A stretch of DNA of 64,000 nucleotides from Deltaproteobacteria bacterium. GTDB lineage: Bacteria > Myxococcota_A > Polyangia > Fen-1088. Location of the stretch: assembly GCA_033763315.1 (NCBI GenBank), contig JANRKS010000031.1:224001-288000 (forward strand), given 5' to 3'. The notes under the pieces were generated by a model. It saw only the letters and a program-made list of their open reading frames with translations. It was not told where the DNA came from and made no database searches. A program made the position numbers and the translations under genes. This document shows, piece by piece, positions 19,664 through 29,488 of the stretch; positions within the stretch are counted from its first letter, which is position 1; each line of letters begins with the position of its first letter.

Positions 19664-21176
19664 CTCTGAGGCGAAAGAATCCGATAGCGGGACGTGGGCA
19701 CTCATCAAGAGCGTGGCGCACGATAGCGGGCAGTGGATCTGGGGAACCGTTGAAGGCCAATTCAACGAGAAGGCCTCCACGAGTCAAATCATCGTCGATG
19801 CTGTCATCAGCCTTATTCCGTTGGTGGGAGACGTAACCGCTGCCCGCGACCTCATCGCGGTTTCTATCGGTCTGATTGACGACCCCAAAAAGCGTGAAGA
19901 CAAGATGCAGTGGGTGATGTTGGTCTTGCTGACCTTCGCACTCATCCCTGTCATAGGCGGTGCGATCAAAGGGGTGGGACGCCTGGCTCTCAAAGCTGTG
20001 GAAGAGGCTGCGCATTTGGCAAGCGCAAGCGCCCGAACTGCAAAGTTCATGGAGGTGGCCAAGGATATGGTTGCGTTCCTGAACCACGTAGGCAAAGGCT
20101 CGGCTGAAAAGTGGCTATTGAGCTTACGTGTTGCCGAGCATCAAGCGCGAGTAGTGCAAGAGCTGAACAAGTTCTTCGATACGTTTCTAAGTGCCTTGGC
20201 GGCGGTCGAAAGACGCCTCCACCTTGTAATTCCAGACTCCGTGCTCGCGCGCATTAAGTGGTTGCGGGATGGACTAAAGAAGCTCAAGGAGTTGGTCTCT
20301 AAGTACGTGCCCGATGCCATCCAGGAGTTAGACCAAAAGCTTCGCGAGATCCAACAATTCGTTCACGAAGGCGGGCAGATCACGAGCCGCGCCGCCAGTC
20401 ACACTGTTGCTGTCGGTGCCGAAAACATGTCGCGCGTGGAGCAGGCCCGGCTGGTTCAATCCGTGATGAGCGAAGAGGTATCGTTCACGGGCCACGTGTC
20501 GCAGAACTCATCAAAGGTTGGCGAATTCGATTCTGTATATAAACACGAGGCGGGCTTTCCGGATGTGGCTGGTTACAAAGAGAAGGGGCACGCTCCAAAC
20601 ATCCAAACTTACGGTGGCAAGATCGTAAACAAGGCGCTCGAACCCGGGGAACAAATCTTTCGTGTTTTTGGCCCTGAGGGTGTCACGCGAGGAAAGCTTG
20701 TCCGCGGAAGTATGCCTGCTGGTAACCGTAGTGTCGCGTTTTGGGGTTATGGGGCGCCTCCTGCAAACGCCAAGGCTTGGCGGTACGGGTCTGCGGTGTT
20801 AGACGAGTGGAATCGAGATGGCTATATCCTGGTCGGCCGCATTGAATCGCCTAATGCGGTGAAAGCGGCCATCGGGAAAATCTCGAAGCAACGAGGCAGG
20901 GATCTAAAGAGTCAGATTCTCACCGGCGGCGACATGCAAGCGATGATTGAATTTTCACCGGATGTGACAGTGGCGCTCAACGACTTAGGCGCTCGTGCCG
21001 TGGCATCAGGCAAAGCCGAAACCTTGTCGATTGGTGGCGTCGTTTGGGAAGTGAAGCCGACAGGTTGGAATGATGTCAACGGTATCCACGGCTATGTTCG
21101 GTCGCACCAAGCGGAAAGCCTCGCTGTTAGCGTTTGCCGACTGAGCGACGACGAACCCACCATGTCTGAGGAGTAG
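19656..21176 (+). CDS. Polymorphic toxin/T6SS effector (pre-toxin N-terminus, Ntox48-like C-terminus)
   Basis: WIWGTVEGQFNE..IPLVGDVTAARDL N-terminus; C-terminal RVFG..FWG..WR..AVLDEWN..GGDMQ; followed by Imm71/72. Confidence 0.7.
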   Translation: MADSEAKESDSGTWALIKSVAHDSGQWIWGTVEGQFNEKASTSQIIVDAVISLIPLVGDVTAARDLIAVSIGLIDDPKKREDKMQWVMLVLLTFALIPVIGGAIKGVGRLALKAVEEAAHLASASARTAKFMEVAKDMVAFLNHVGKGSAEKWLLSLRVAEHQARVVQELNKFFDTFLSALAAVERRLHLVIPDSVLARIKWLRDGLKKLKELVSKYVPDAIQELDQKLREIQQFVHEGGQITSRAASHTVAVGAENMSRVEQARLVQSVMSEEVSFTGHVSQNSSKVGEFDSVYKHEAGFPDVAGYKEKGHAPNIQTYGGKIVNKALEPGEQIFRVFGPEGVTRGKLVRGSMPAGNRSVAFWGYGAPPANAKAWRYGSAVLDEWNRDGYILVGRIESPNAVKAAIGKISKQRGRDLKSQILTGGDMQAMIEFSPDVTVALNDLGARAVASGKAETLSIGGVVWEVKPTGWNDVNGIHGYVRSHQAESLAVSVCRLSDDEPTMSEE

Positions 21177-21179
21177 AAC

Positions 21180-22061
21180 TTGTCACCAACGATTCCAGAT
21201 GATGCCGAGAGATACCGCATCTTCGCGTACCTAAAACGCGCGAGCTCCTTGACTGCGTGGCGGTACGGCCTTCGTATGTGCACGCAATTCACCCAAGCCT
21301 ACGAGCGGGTTGCAAAGAAGGCCGAGGGCAAGACTGTCATGATTTTAGGCCAGCCTTCGGTTCTGCTTCATCCCCAGGAGTTGGGCTTCGCTTTGAGGGG
21401 GCAGGCCGCGTTTGTCGAGGCCGTAAAGAGGCTCGAGCGCGGAGATCGGTTTTGCTTTCGGTATGCAGAGGCTCTCGGCCACTTTTTCGAGGGGTTTCGG
21501 GGCTACGATTGTCATATGAGCATGGTGCAGGGCCACATGATGGGTCATGCCACGTTTCCCATCGTGGAATCTGAGTTGTATCCAGAATTGGACGAAGCGA
21601 GCCAGGGCATAGGATATTTTGCGAACGCCCACCGCGTTGTTCTAGAGCCGCAGTACTACGAGCCTGCAGCTGTGGAATCGGCTTCATCGTTGAAGGACGT
21701 ACCTGAATACATGAATCTGCCTGAAAGCGGTGACGTCCCAACGCCAAGCAAGGAGGTGCTGGTACACACGAAGTCTCGGGTGCCGTACCACGGTATCTAC
21801 GAGCCCGTGAAATTCGAGATGGTCCGCTCGATGTGGCGGTTGTTTGGCCAAGCGGCCACGAACGAGAACACCGTGTTCGAGAGGCAGGGCTGGTTGAACT
21901 ATCTTACGGCAGGCAGCAAAGCGCCTCCGCTAAGGGTGGACATGGGGGATGTTTACACGCACACCACCAACACCGTGTGGCGGCTCATTTGGAAGGACGA
22001 ACGCTATGTAAATGGCGTGGTGCCTGAGGAAGAATCCAGCTACGGCTATCCGATCGACTAG
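21180..22061 (+). CDS. Imm71-Imm72 family immunity protein
   Basis: RIFAYLKRASSLTAW N-terminus; GIYE (GxxE) and WKDERY (WxDxRY) motifs. Confidence 0.8.
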   Translation: MSPTIPDDAERYRIFAYLKRASSLTAWRYGLRMCTQFTQAYERVAKKAEGKTVMILGQPSVLLHPQELGFALRGQAAFVEAVKRLERGDRFCFRYAEALGHFFEGFRGYDCHMSMVQGHMMGHATFPIVESELYPELDEASQGIGYFANAHRVVLEPQYYEPAAVESASSLKDVPEYMNLPESGDVPTPSKEVLVHTKSRVPYHGIYEPVKFEMVRSMWRLFGQAATNENTVFERQGWLNYLTAGSKAPPLRVDMGDVYTHTTNTVWRLIWKDERYVNGVVPEEESSYGYPID

Positions 22062-22067
22062 GGCGAA

Positions 22068-22964
22068 ATGAACGCGCCTGCATACCGACAGTACAAGACC
22101 TCAGGCAAGGTCTCGTGGCGAGCGCCCTTGCTGGTGCTCACAGTGGCGTTGCCTATAAGTGCACTGTGCGCGGGTATCTACGCGCTGGTGGTTCGCTACA
22201 ACCCCTTCATCTACTTCACCGTGCTTGCTTCCCTCGCGTTCGGCGCGTGCGTGGGTCTCGTCGCGCAAATGACCGCCGAGAAGGGCAATTCCCGAAACCG
22301 TAGGTTCGACGTGGCCGCCTCGCTCTGTGCGGCGATCTTTGCTTTGTGGGTTCACTGGCTGGTCTGGATCGCTCTCAGAAGAACGGAGGGCCTGGAAGTC
22401 GCCATGCGAATGGCCACTTCGGGCGTTCACTCGTGGCTAATGTTCTTCGACGATTTGTCCTCCCGCCGGTTGCTCAGCATCACAAGAGGCGGCGCCCGTG
22501 GCGCGCTATCGCCCACCACGATGGTGATTCTGTGGATCGTGGAAGCTCTCCTGGTATCACTCGCGGCCATGGGGGCCGCCTTCGTTTGCCATGGCAAACA
22601 GGCGTTCTCTGAACGCACCGGCAAGTGGTCGAAGACGGACGCGCAGGCGGCGCTTTATTTCAACCACGGCAACTTCTCCGATGTGCTTGCCTCAATCAAC
22701 GAACATGGGCTTGGGTGGCTTAACGGTCTCCCCCTGGATAGCGATCCCCATCCGCGCGCGGTTGATGGGTGGAATATCTTGAACGTAGAGTGCGTATCTG
22801 AGCCCAGCGATCCGGAGTTCCGATTCGTGACAATCACTGGCGCCACGACGAAGCCGCGGCCGAAAGGTCGGCCGGTGACGCAGCACAAAGCCGACATCTG
22901 CACGCTTCTTCACGCCGAGCCTTCAGCCTACGAATCTTTGGTGGTGCGGCTGACGCAGCAATGA
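22068..22964 (+). CDS. Hypothetical four-TM membrane protein
   Basis: Four hydrophobic helices plus soluble C-terminus; 6 bp after the immunity gene. Confidence 0.65.
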   Translation: MNAPAYRQYKTSGKVSWRAPLLVLTVALPISALCAGIYALVVRYNPFIYFTVLASLAFGACVGLVAQMTAEKGNSRNRRFDVAASLCAAIFALWVHWLVWIALRRTEGLEVAMRMATSGVHSWLMFFDDLSSRRLLSITRGGARGALSPTTMVILWIVEALLVSLAAMGAAFVCHGKQAFSERTGKWSKTDAQAALYFNHGNFSDVLASINEHGLGWLNGLPLDSDPHPRAVDGWNILNVECVSEPSDPEFRFVTITGATTKPRPKGRPVTQHKADICTLLHAEPSAYESLVVRLTQQ

Positions 22965-23120
22965 TGTCTTCGGACATCCATGGACGTCCCCGGGCAGCGA
23001 CGATGCTTGTCCCTATTTGGGCTCACTTCCCAAAAGAGACAGAGGAGTGGGGGGGGCGCCATCTGTGCTGATGGCATTGACGCTGCGCCAGCCGGTTCCT
23101 ATGGTGGCGCCGTTATTACG

Positions 23121-23540
23121 ATGCCGCCAAATGATTCACGGGATGAGCAGAGCGACGGTCTGATCACGATTGTCCCGGGAGTATCCATTGGTCCCATTCG
23201 CCTCGGAAGCCTTGACGCCGCTTTTCAAGGTCCTAGGGACGCGTGTGGGCATCTTATCGTGCCCGCTGGCCTGAGTGCTCTTGTGAGCCGCGAGGGTGTT
23301 CTGGACATTTGGATCGACAACCTGCGAACATTGCGAACGCCCGTTTTCATCGAAGGCAAGTTGCTGCCGCGCAATGCATCCTACGATGAACTTTTCGAGG
23401 TGTTGGGGCCGTGTGGAGAGGTCGGTCGCGATGAAAAGGGCACGACGTATAACTGCGTGTATGATCTGTCGTTTCGACTTGTGGTGGCAAGACCAGCGGG
23501 AGCTCTCACAATCTGGGTCAAACGACGTCAAGTGGGCTAA
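23121..23540 (+). CDS. Hypothetical protein, possible orphan immunity protein
   Basis: IVPGVSIGPIRLG N-terminal motif; position at the end of a toxin operon. Confidence 0.4.
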   Translation: MPPNDSRDEQSDGLITIVPGVSIGPIRLGSLDAAFQGPRDACGHLIVPAGLSALVSREGVLDIWIDNLRTLRTPVFIEGKLLPRNASYDELFEVLGPCGEVGRDEKGTTYNCVYDLSFRLVVARPAGALTIWVKRRQVG

Positions 23541-23553
23541 GCCGTCTTTGCGG

Positions 23554-24519
23554 CTACTGAGCCGTATGTACGCGGTTACCGCCGCCGGCCTTTGCTAATT
23601 CTAATGCAAATTCCGCGAAGGCTTTGAGGCCGCCCAAGGTCGACTGATGTCCCGGGATGGCGGCAACGCCTGCACTGAGGGTCATCTTCCATCTTGCGTT
23701 GCCAAGCCGAAACGGCTGATCCGCCACTTCGGCTCTTATTCTCTCCGCAAATTTTAGTGCGTCCTGTCGGGAGGTTTGCCGGTAGAGAACGGCGAAGCGG
23801 TTCTGTCCGAGATGGCACAGCAAATCTTGCTTCCGTACGGCGTTTCGAATGCGGCGGGCCAATTCTTTGGCCAACACGAGCGAGTCCTCGGCAGTGGGCG
23901 GCTTGTCGATGTCGGCTACGACGTATGCCAAAGGCAGATCGTATCTGGCATGGAAGGCAAGTTCGCACAGTGCCCGCACGTCAAAATCGCTCGGTGCCAT
24001 GGTGTTGGTCACCGGATCGCGCGGGCCGATCGTAGTCATACGCCCGCGATAAACATCGTCAGCCATCGGATCGTCGATGTAGCGAAACACGGCACCGTTG
24101 CCCAAGTTGATTAGATCGTCGTTACTCAACTTGACTGGCAGACCAATGAGGTGGTGATTGAGAAGCGTGCCGTTCTTCGATCCTAAATCCTCGATAAACC
24201 ATTCACCCCGTTGCCAGAAAATTTGGGCATGACGACGAGACACACCCCGATGGTTGATAGGCAATGTAGGTTGCTGGTCGCGGCCGAGGACGAATTGTGC
24301 TTCGTCGATTCGCACTAGATCCCCGTGACCTTCTCCCTCCAAGCGCAGAAGATGCGGAGCGGACGCCCTTCTCGAATCCGTTCCGTCCCCTGCAGCAGCC
24401 CTAGGTGCGAGCTCGACCACCTTCCGAGGCGCCGGTGTATCGCCGGGAGTCTCGCCATCGCCCTGCATTGCGGGCAGCGCGACATGAACCTCGGCTTTGA
24501 AGCTTAGCGCCTGAGACAT
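23554..24519 (-). CDS. FHA + degenerate GGDEF domain protein
   Basis: LGRD..VSRRHA..DLGSKNGT FHA motifs; GGDEF fold with the signature changed to GQNRF. Confidence 0.85.
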   Translation of the reverse strand: MSQALSFKAEVHVALPAMQGDGETPGDTPAPRKVVELAPRAAAGDGTDSRRASAPHLLRLEGEGHGDLVRIDEAQFVLGRDQQPTLPINHRGVSRRHAQIFWQRGEWFIEDLGSKNGTLLNHHLIGLPVKLSNDDLINLGNGAVFRYIDDPMADDVYRGRMTTIGPRDPVTNTMAPSDFDVRALCELAFHARYDLPLAYVVADIDKPPTAEDSLVLAKELARRIRNAVRKQDLLCHLGQNRFAVLYRQTSRQDALKFAERIRAEVADQPFRLGNARWKMTLSAGVAAIPGHQSTLGGLKAFAEFALELAKAGGGNRVHTAQ

Positions 24520-25052
24520 TGCTTCTTTCCCGTGAAACGCGCTTGCGCATCCCATGACACTTCTTCTTTATGCAGGTTCATGAAGCTATTATCGGCCTCG
24601 GTCTTCGAGAAGTTGTTGAGAAAATATTGAATGTGCGGGCTCAGCCCTGTGTTCGTGGAAAACCATGCACTTTTACCCCTTCAAGCCTGCTCAACAATGC
24701 TCAACCTCACGTGGGACACGCTGCCCGCGACACGCTGTCCGTTCTTGCTGTACAAGTGCCTCATGAGGGCATCGCGACAAAGCGCAGGTATTGCCCTCAT
24801 ACGCAAGGCAAGTCGCTACGGCATGGGTTAGGAGGTGCAACGGTACATCGATCATCAGGACGGTTCCCGTTTCCTCAACGCGAAGGCAAGGTAGACCGGA
24901 GTTCATCAATGCGCGAGCCGCACCGTTCAGTTTGTCGACCGGGAAGGCGAAGCTGAATCGAGCGATGGCTCGCTGTGCGGCTCGCTTTACGATGTCGTCG
25001 GCAAGACAGTCAGGGGCGCGCGAACGGTCGTCGATTTGCATTGGTCGCCACC

Positions 25053-25970
25053 TTATCCGTTCTCGATCAGCTGGCGCGCCTGTTCGGCCAACGAGTCCAT
25101 GTTCGGTGCCTCACACCCTTCGACATTAAACAGCCCAGCCGCTTCTGTGATGCCGATCTCGGCACGCGCGAGCGCTGCCTTTAGCGGATCTGCATTTCGG
25201 AACCCAGCACCGTGACCGTTGTTCTTCAACGTCTGTGCCGATCCACCTTCGATCCAGGCATCGGCGAGGACGCCGGCAATGGCCGAGAGGCGTCCCAAGC
25301 GAGCGATGGCGTCGTCGCCCCCGTCTGTTCGCCCGTGGCTCAACGCCACCGCACGGACTAAGTCGTCGGGAAAGTTCCACCGCTGCAGCAACCACGCGCC
25401 AATCTCGCAGTGGTCGACGCCCATGCGTTCCTGCTCCACGGTGGCAAGGGCCGCATGATTAGTACCGGTCTCGAGGACAAGGACTTCGTACACCTCGCCG
25501 AGCACCGTCATGAACGCCAGACTTCCAATGTCTTGCAGAAGCGCCGCTAAGGCCGCTTCCTCGCCAGGTAGCCCCGTCCATCGGTCGAGCGCGGTTAACT
25601 CTCGTGCGAAGACGCTGGCCAAAACGCTTCGGCGCCAGAACGAGCGGTAGGCCGTGCCCTTGCCTTTGGCGAAGGCCACAAGAGCAAAGGACAGCACGAC
25701 GTTTCGCACCTGCCGCGGGCCGAGCATGGTCACGGCCTGCGAGACCGTTCGCGCAGGCTGCCGTAGGGCGAATGCCGCCGAGTTCGCGTAGCGGAGGACC
25801 TTTGCCGCCATGGCCGGATCGTCGGCGACGACGCGGGCGACGTCGACGACTTCGGGCAACGCGCCGTCTTTCCAAAACGCGACAATCCTTTGAGCTACGG
25901 CTGGAAGGGTGGGCAGGGCCGGATCTTGTTCGAGCCGGAATCGTATGGCGTGCGGCAGTGTCGGCGTCAT
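25053..25970 (-). CDS. HDOD domain protein
   Basis: LPTLP, DPAMAAKVLRYANSA, FWRRS, ALLQDIG, GVDHCEIGAWLLQRWNFP. Confidence 0.92.
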   Translation of the reverse strand: MTPTLPHAIRFRLEQDPALPTLPAVAQRIVAFWKDGALPEVVDVARVVADDPAMAAKVLRYANSAAFALRQPARTVSQAVTMLGPRQVRNVVLSFALVAFAKGKGTAYRSFWRRSVLASVFARELTALDRWTGLPGEEAALAALLQDIGSLAFMTVLGEVYEVLVLETGTNHAALATVEQERMGVDHCEIGAWLLQRWNFPDDLVRAVALSHGRTDGGDDAIARLGRLSAIAGVLADAWIEGGSAQTLKNNGHGAGFRNADPLKAALARAEIGITEAAGLFNVEGCEAPNMDSLAEQARQLIENG

Positions 25971-26294
25971 CGGGCACGCCTTGGCGTCTTGCCGGTCTCC
26001 ATTTGGCCGCCCAGGGCGAGCGCCGCTCCCCAGGGGCCCGTAGCCCACGGCGCTCGCCCTTTGCTGCAAGAGAAGGCGCCACCAGTCGATGCGAGCCGCC
26101 CACCACGAAAGCTGCGCTTACGTGGCTCGGGTCGCGAACTGCCTCTTTGTGTATTGTGGAGCATGCCCGCTGTCATCTCCTGCGTATAGGTCAACGTATA
26201 TCACGCGTTGCTCAGAATAACAGCCAGTTTGTATGGTGCCTATACTACTACGTTCTCGTGGGGGAAGGCCGAACCGGAAAAGGTGCCTGGCTAC

Positions 26295-26663
26295 ATGCAC
26301 AGGCGCCGGGACAAAGACTTAGGACGCAAAATTGGGGATGCGATTGCCAAGGGGCGACGCGATCTGGGCTGGACGCAAGAGCGTCTGGCCGAGGCGCTGG
26401 ATATCTCTGTTGTGCATGCCGGTCTGCTCGAGCGCGGTCAACGGCTCCCATCAATCCCGACGCTCATTTCAATGGCCCAGGTGCTGGGGCTGTCCCTCGA
26501 TAGCTTGTTTTTGCAGAAGCGCCAAGGCGGGGCCAAGTCGGTGGACGAAGTAAGCCGATTGGTAAACGCTCTCAATACCGAGATGCGGCCGATGGTTATC
26601 GCGTTTTTACGCGCAGGCGCGGCGTCGGCGCGGCCAAAGGCTACCGGGCGCAGGCGCTCGTAG
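26295..26663 (+). CDS. XRE-family HTH regulator
   Basis: RRDLGWTQERLAEALDIS...LERGQRLPSIPTL. Confidence 0.9.
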   Translation: MHRRRDKDLGRKIGDAIAKGRRDLGWTQERLAEALDISVVHAGLLERGQRLPSIPTLISMAQVLGLSLDSLFLQKRQGGAKSVDEVSRLVNALNTEMRPMVIAFLRAGAASARPKATGRRRS

Positions 26664-27432
26664 CCGCAGTGGCGGAAGGTGCGTCCCCGCGGGAATTCCG
26701 TCGCTGCGCTGCCAAGTTGAGGACGAGGTGGTCGTGCCACAGGCAGTTTAGTGTTTTGGCAGCGGCAGCTTTGGTCGCAACGCCGCGAGTTTGCGGCGAA
26801 AACGTAAATCATGAGCCCCTAAAAAGTAGCCACAGGCACGTCGCCGTGGCACACGCAGCCGTGGCGGCACGGTCGAAAATCAAGACGTGCGCCCGCCTCG
26901 CAATATCGCGATCTTGCGCTGCAGGTGCGGGGTATGCCGGCTAACAGCAATCGATACCCTCCAACAACCGTGCCTGAGGCAGCACGGGTTTGCCGTGGCA
27001 TAAAAGCTTGCGTCGTAAGTCCGCGAACAGGCGCGAAACGAAGCATTCTCAAATCCCTGCCGCACTCGCTTTTACCAGCTCAGTCCTCGGTTTTGGTCGA
27101 GGCGTCGAGGCTTTTCGGTCTTTGCTACGCTCTTGCAGGGCCAAGGGACTGGTGCCACACAGAAACGCGCTACCACTTCTCACTCTGAGGTGGGCCGTAC
27201 ACGTCCTGTGGCGCAGCACCACCCGTGGGCGACGATGACAAGCGCCCCCTGGGGGCCGATAATCTGCCCCCTTTGCTCCCTTCAGAAACTCCGACACTTG
27301 ACTTGAGCGGCGCACGGTCGTTGACGCTAAATTCCAGTTGCGTTGACGACAATTCGTCGCGACTCGGGCGGCTACGCCTCTTCCCGGAACAAAAGTTTCT
27401 AAGGCAGTGGGGTCACGTTAAACTCGCGATTT

Positions 27433-28329
27433 GTGGACCAACCTACGCAAAATTTCGGATCACGCCTCAAGGACGCGCGCCGAGCCGCAGGGCTTACTCG
27501 AGCGGAGCTGGCCGAACGAGTGGGGCTATCACTCGACTACCTTCGTTATTTCGAGAACGGAGGTGCCATCAGTTGGCCCACCGCTGAAATTATCGGCCAA
27601 GCCCTGGGCATGCAATCAGGAGCGCTCATGGTCGAGTCCGTCGAACACATGCGCAAGAAGGCATTGCGGCCCGAGGAGTTACCACACCTTGCCTGGAACG
27701 AGTCCAAGCTTGTTGAAGAGTTTGCGGCCATGGGGCTCAACATCCATCCGGCGCACTGGACACTCAAGGTCAGGTTCCGGGGCGGCACGGTCGAATACTT
27801 GGACATATCGGCGGTGGACGTCGAGCGCTTTTGGCGTGCGTTCCGAGGCGACCATGATGACCAGATGTTTTTCGGTTTCGATTCTGTGGGCAGGACAAGA
27901 GCGATCAACTTGGCATCGATCGTCTATGCGCATGTGCTGTTCGATGGGCCCGGGGGCTCTCTGCTATCGGAGGATGACGCATGCCAAATCAAGGTGCTGT
28001 TTGTGGATTCGGCAGAGAAAGCTACCTTCGGGTCGGAGCCGGACGAGCCCACCGACTACGAAAACGATCCGGACGCTTCGCTGCCGAATCTCGCCTCGTT
28101 TTTGGACGACTTGGAAAACTGCCCACATGCTGGGATGATCAGTGGTTTCGACGATGAGGATGGAGAGCGTGTCGAATTCCAACTGGAACAAGTCTGCATG
28201 ATCGAAGTTTCCCAATACCTGCTGTGGGGGTACGACGATGACGATCACGACGAAGACATGGGCGAAGAAAGCCGCGAGATCGACGAGGCGCCTCGCAAGG
28301 AACGCCTAGGCCCGCGACTTGTGAAGTGA
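27433..28329 (+). CDS. XRE-family HTH protein with acidic C-terminal domain (candidate element repressor)
   Basis: FGSRLKDARRAAGLTRAELAERVGLS..YLRYFENG. Confidence 0.8.
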   Translation: MDQPTQNFGSRLKDARRAAGLTRAELAERVGLSLDYLRYFENGGAISWPTAEIIGQALGMQSGALMVESVEHMRKKALRPEELPHLAWNESKLVEEFAAMGLNIHPAHWTLKVRFRGGTVEYLDISAVDVERFWRAFRGDHDDQMFFGFDSVGRTRAINLASIVYAHVLFDGPGGSLLSEDDACQIKVLFVDSAEKATFGSEPDEPTDYENDPDASLPNLASFLDDLENCPHAGMISGFDDEDGERVEFQLEQVCMIEVSQYLLWGYDDDDHDEDMGEESREIDEAPRKERLGPRLVK

Positions 28330-28782
28330 GCGCCGAGCGCTGAATTTTACGGCTCGGTCTCCGCGCACGTGGCAGAGGTGGGCGCCTTGAACGAGGCCAA
28401 TTCGATCACGCCTCACACACGGTCACGTTGGCCGTTTCGCAACGCACGTTTTGGCCACCCGCCCGACATTGCGACGAGATGAACAGGCGCAAACCTTCAC
28501 GCACCCTCAAACACTGAGTCTTTGGTGGCAAGCGTCTGAGCTCCCGACGTTCGGTGCCGCGACGATTTCGCGAGCTTGCGCGCCAAATGGGCGACCTCGC
28601 GGCTAACAGTAACCAACATCGCCCCATCACCTGCTGACGGCGGCGGAGGTGCTACCGCGGCCAAGCGGCTCGGTTCTGTGGGTGCGCGATATTCAGGCGT
28701 GTTGTTTTTCCGCTTCTGCATTTTTCGCCAGGTTGATGTCCCCAAAACGCTCCCAAAAAGGGCTTAACAGGAGGGGAGGACG

Positions 28783-29007
28783 TTGCGGATGGTGGAGGAA
28801 GAATGGGAAGTCGATGCAAGCACCTCGTCGTCGGGCCTCGTCCCGGGCGTGGCGGAGGGCCGAAAGGCTGTAGCGGCCATCTTGGCGCGAGGCGTTTTGC
28901 GGGTTTTGGCGAAACGCCGTTTGGTCGCAGAGACGACTTGCTTGTCGCCGCCAAGCAAGCCTTGCTTGGACACGGTTAACACTGGAGAGGAGCCCACAAG
29001 TGTCTGA
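28783..29007 (+). CDS. Small hypothetical protein preceding DUF2924
   Basis: AVAAILARGVLR helix; overlaps the next gene. Confidence 0.45.
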   Translation: MRMVEEEWEVDASTSSSGLVPGVAEGRKAVAAILARGVLRVLAKRRLVAETTCLSPPSKPCLDTVNTGEEPTSV

Positions 29008-29488
29008 GTCAATGCTTAACGAAATCAGGGTTTTGTCGAAGATGTCGGTCGCCGACCTGCGCCTTCGGCATGTCGAACTATTCGGCGAGGAATCACGCAG
29101 CCGCAACCGAGACTACCTCTGGAAACGCATTGCCTGGCGTATTCAAGAAGTCGCCGAAGGCGGCCTCGACGAGCGAGTGAAAGCAAAAGCCAGGGAACTG
29201 GCGCGCGACCCTGATTTGCGGGTCACGCAGCCTCGCCCATTGAGGGGAGTAACGGTGGTCGACACGACCAAGGGCACCAACCTCAAAGACGAGCGACTAC
29301 CGGAGCCTGGCACGACTTTGCAGCGAGAGTTTCGCGGCCGTACGTACTCGGTAGCTGTACTGCCGGACGGCTTCGAATACGAAGGCGAGCGCTTCAAGTC
29401 ATTATCTGCCGTTGCGCGCATGATTACCGGGACCCGCTGGAACGGCCTCGCGTTCTTCGGAATCGCCGGTGCCAAGGAGCCTGCCTAA
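29000..29488 (+). CDS. DUF2924 domain protein
   Basis: LWKRIAWRIQE...GGL; PGTTLQREFRG..V.VLPDGFEYEG..FKSLSAVARMITGTRWNG..FFG. Confidence 0.92.
   Translation: MSESMLNEIRVLSKMSVADLRLRHVELFGEESRSRNRDYLWKRIAWRIQEVAEGGLDERVKAKARELARDPDLRVTQPRPLRGVTVVDTTKGTNLKDERLPEPGTTLQREFRGRTYSVAVLPDGFEYEGERFKSLSAVARMITGTRWNGLAFFGIAGAKEPA

Noticed and set aside
7978-22061. Complete T6SS or eCIS
   Set aside because: No sheath, Hcp/tube, baseplate or membrane-complex genes in the window; orphan island only.
25459-26503. Long Arg-rich ORFs overlapping HDOD/XRE
   Set aside because: Alternative-frame artefacts of high GC content.
27017-27027. Third copy of the 33-34 kb repeat (shared AAGTCCGCGAA)
   Set aside because: Only an 11-mer matches and the flanks are not collinear; plausible by chance.
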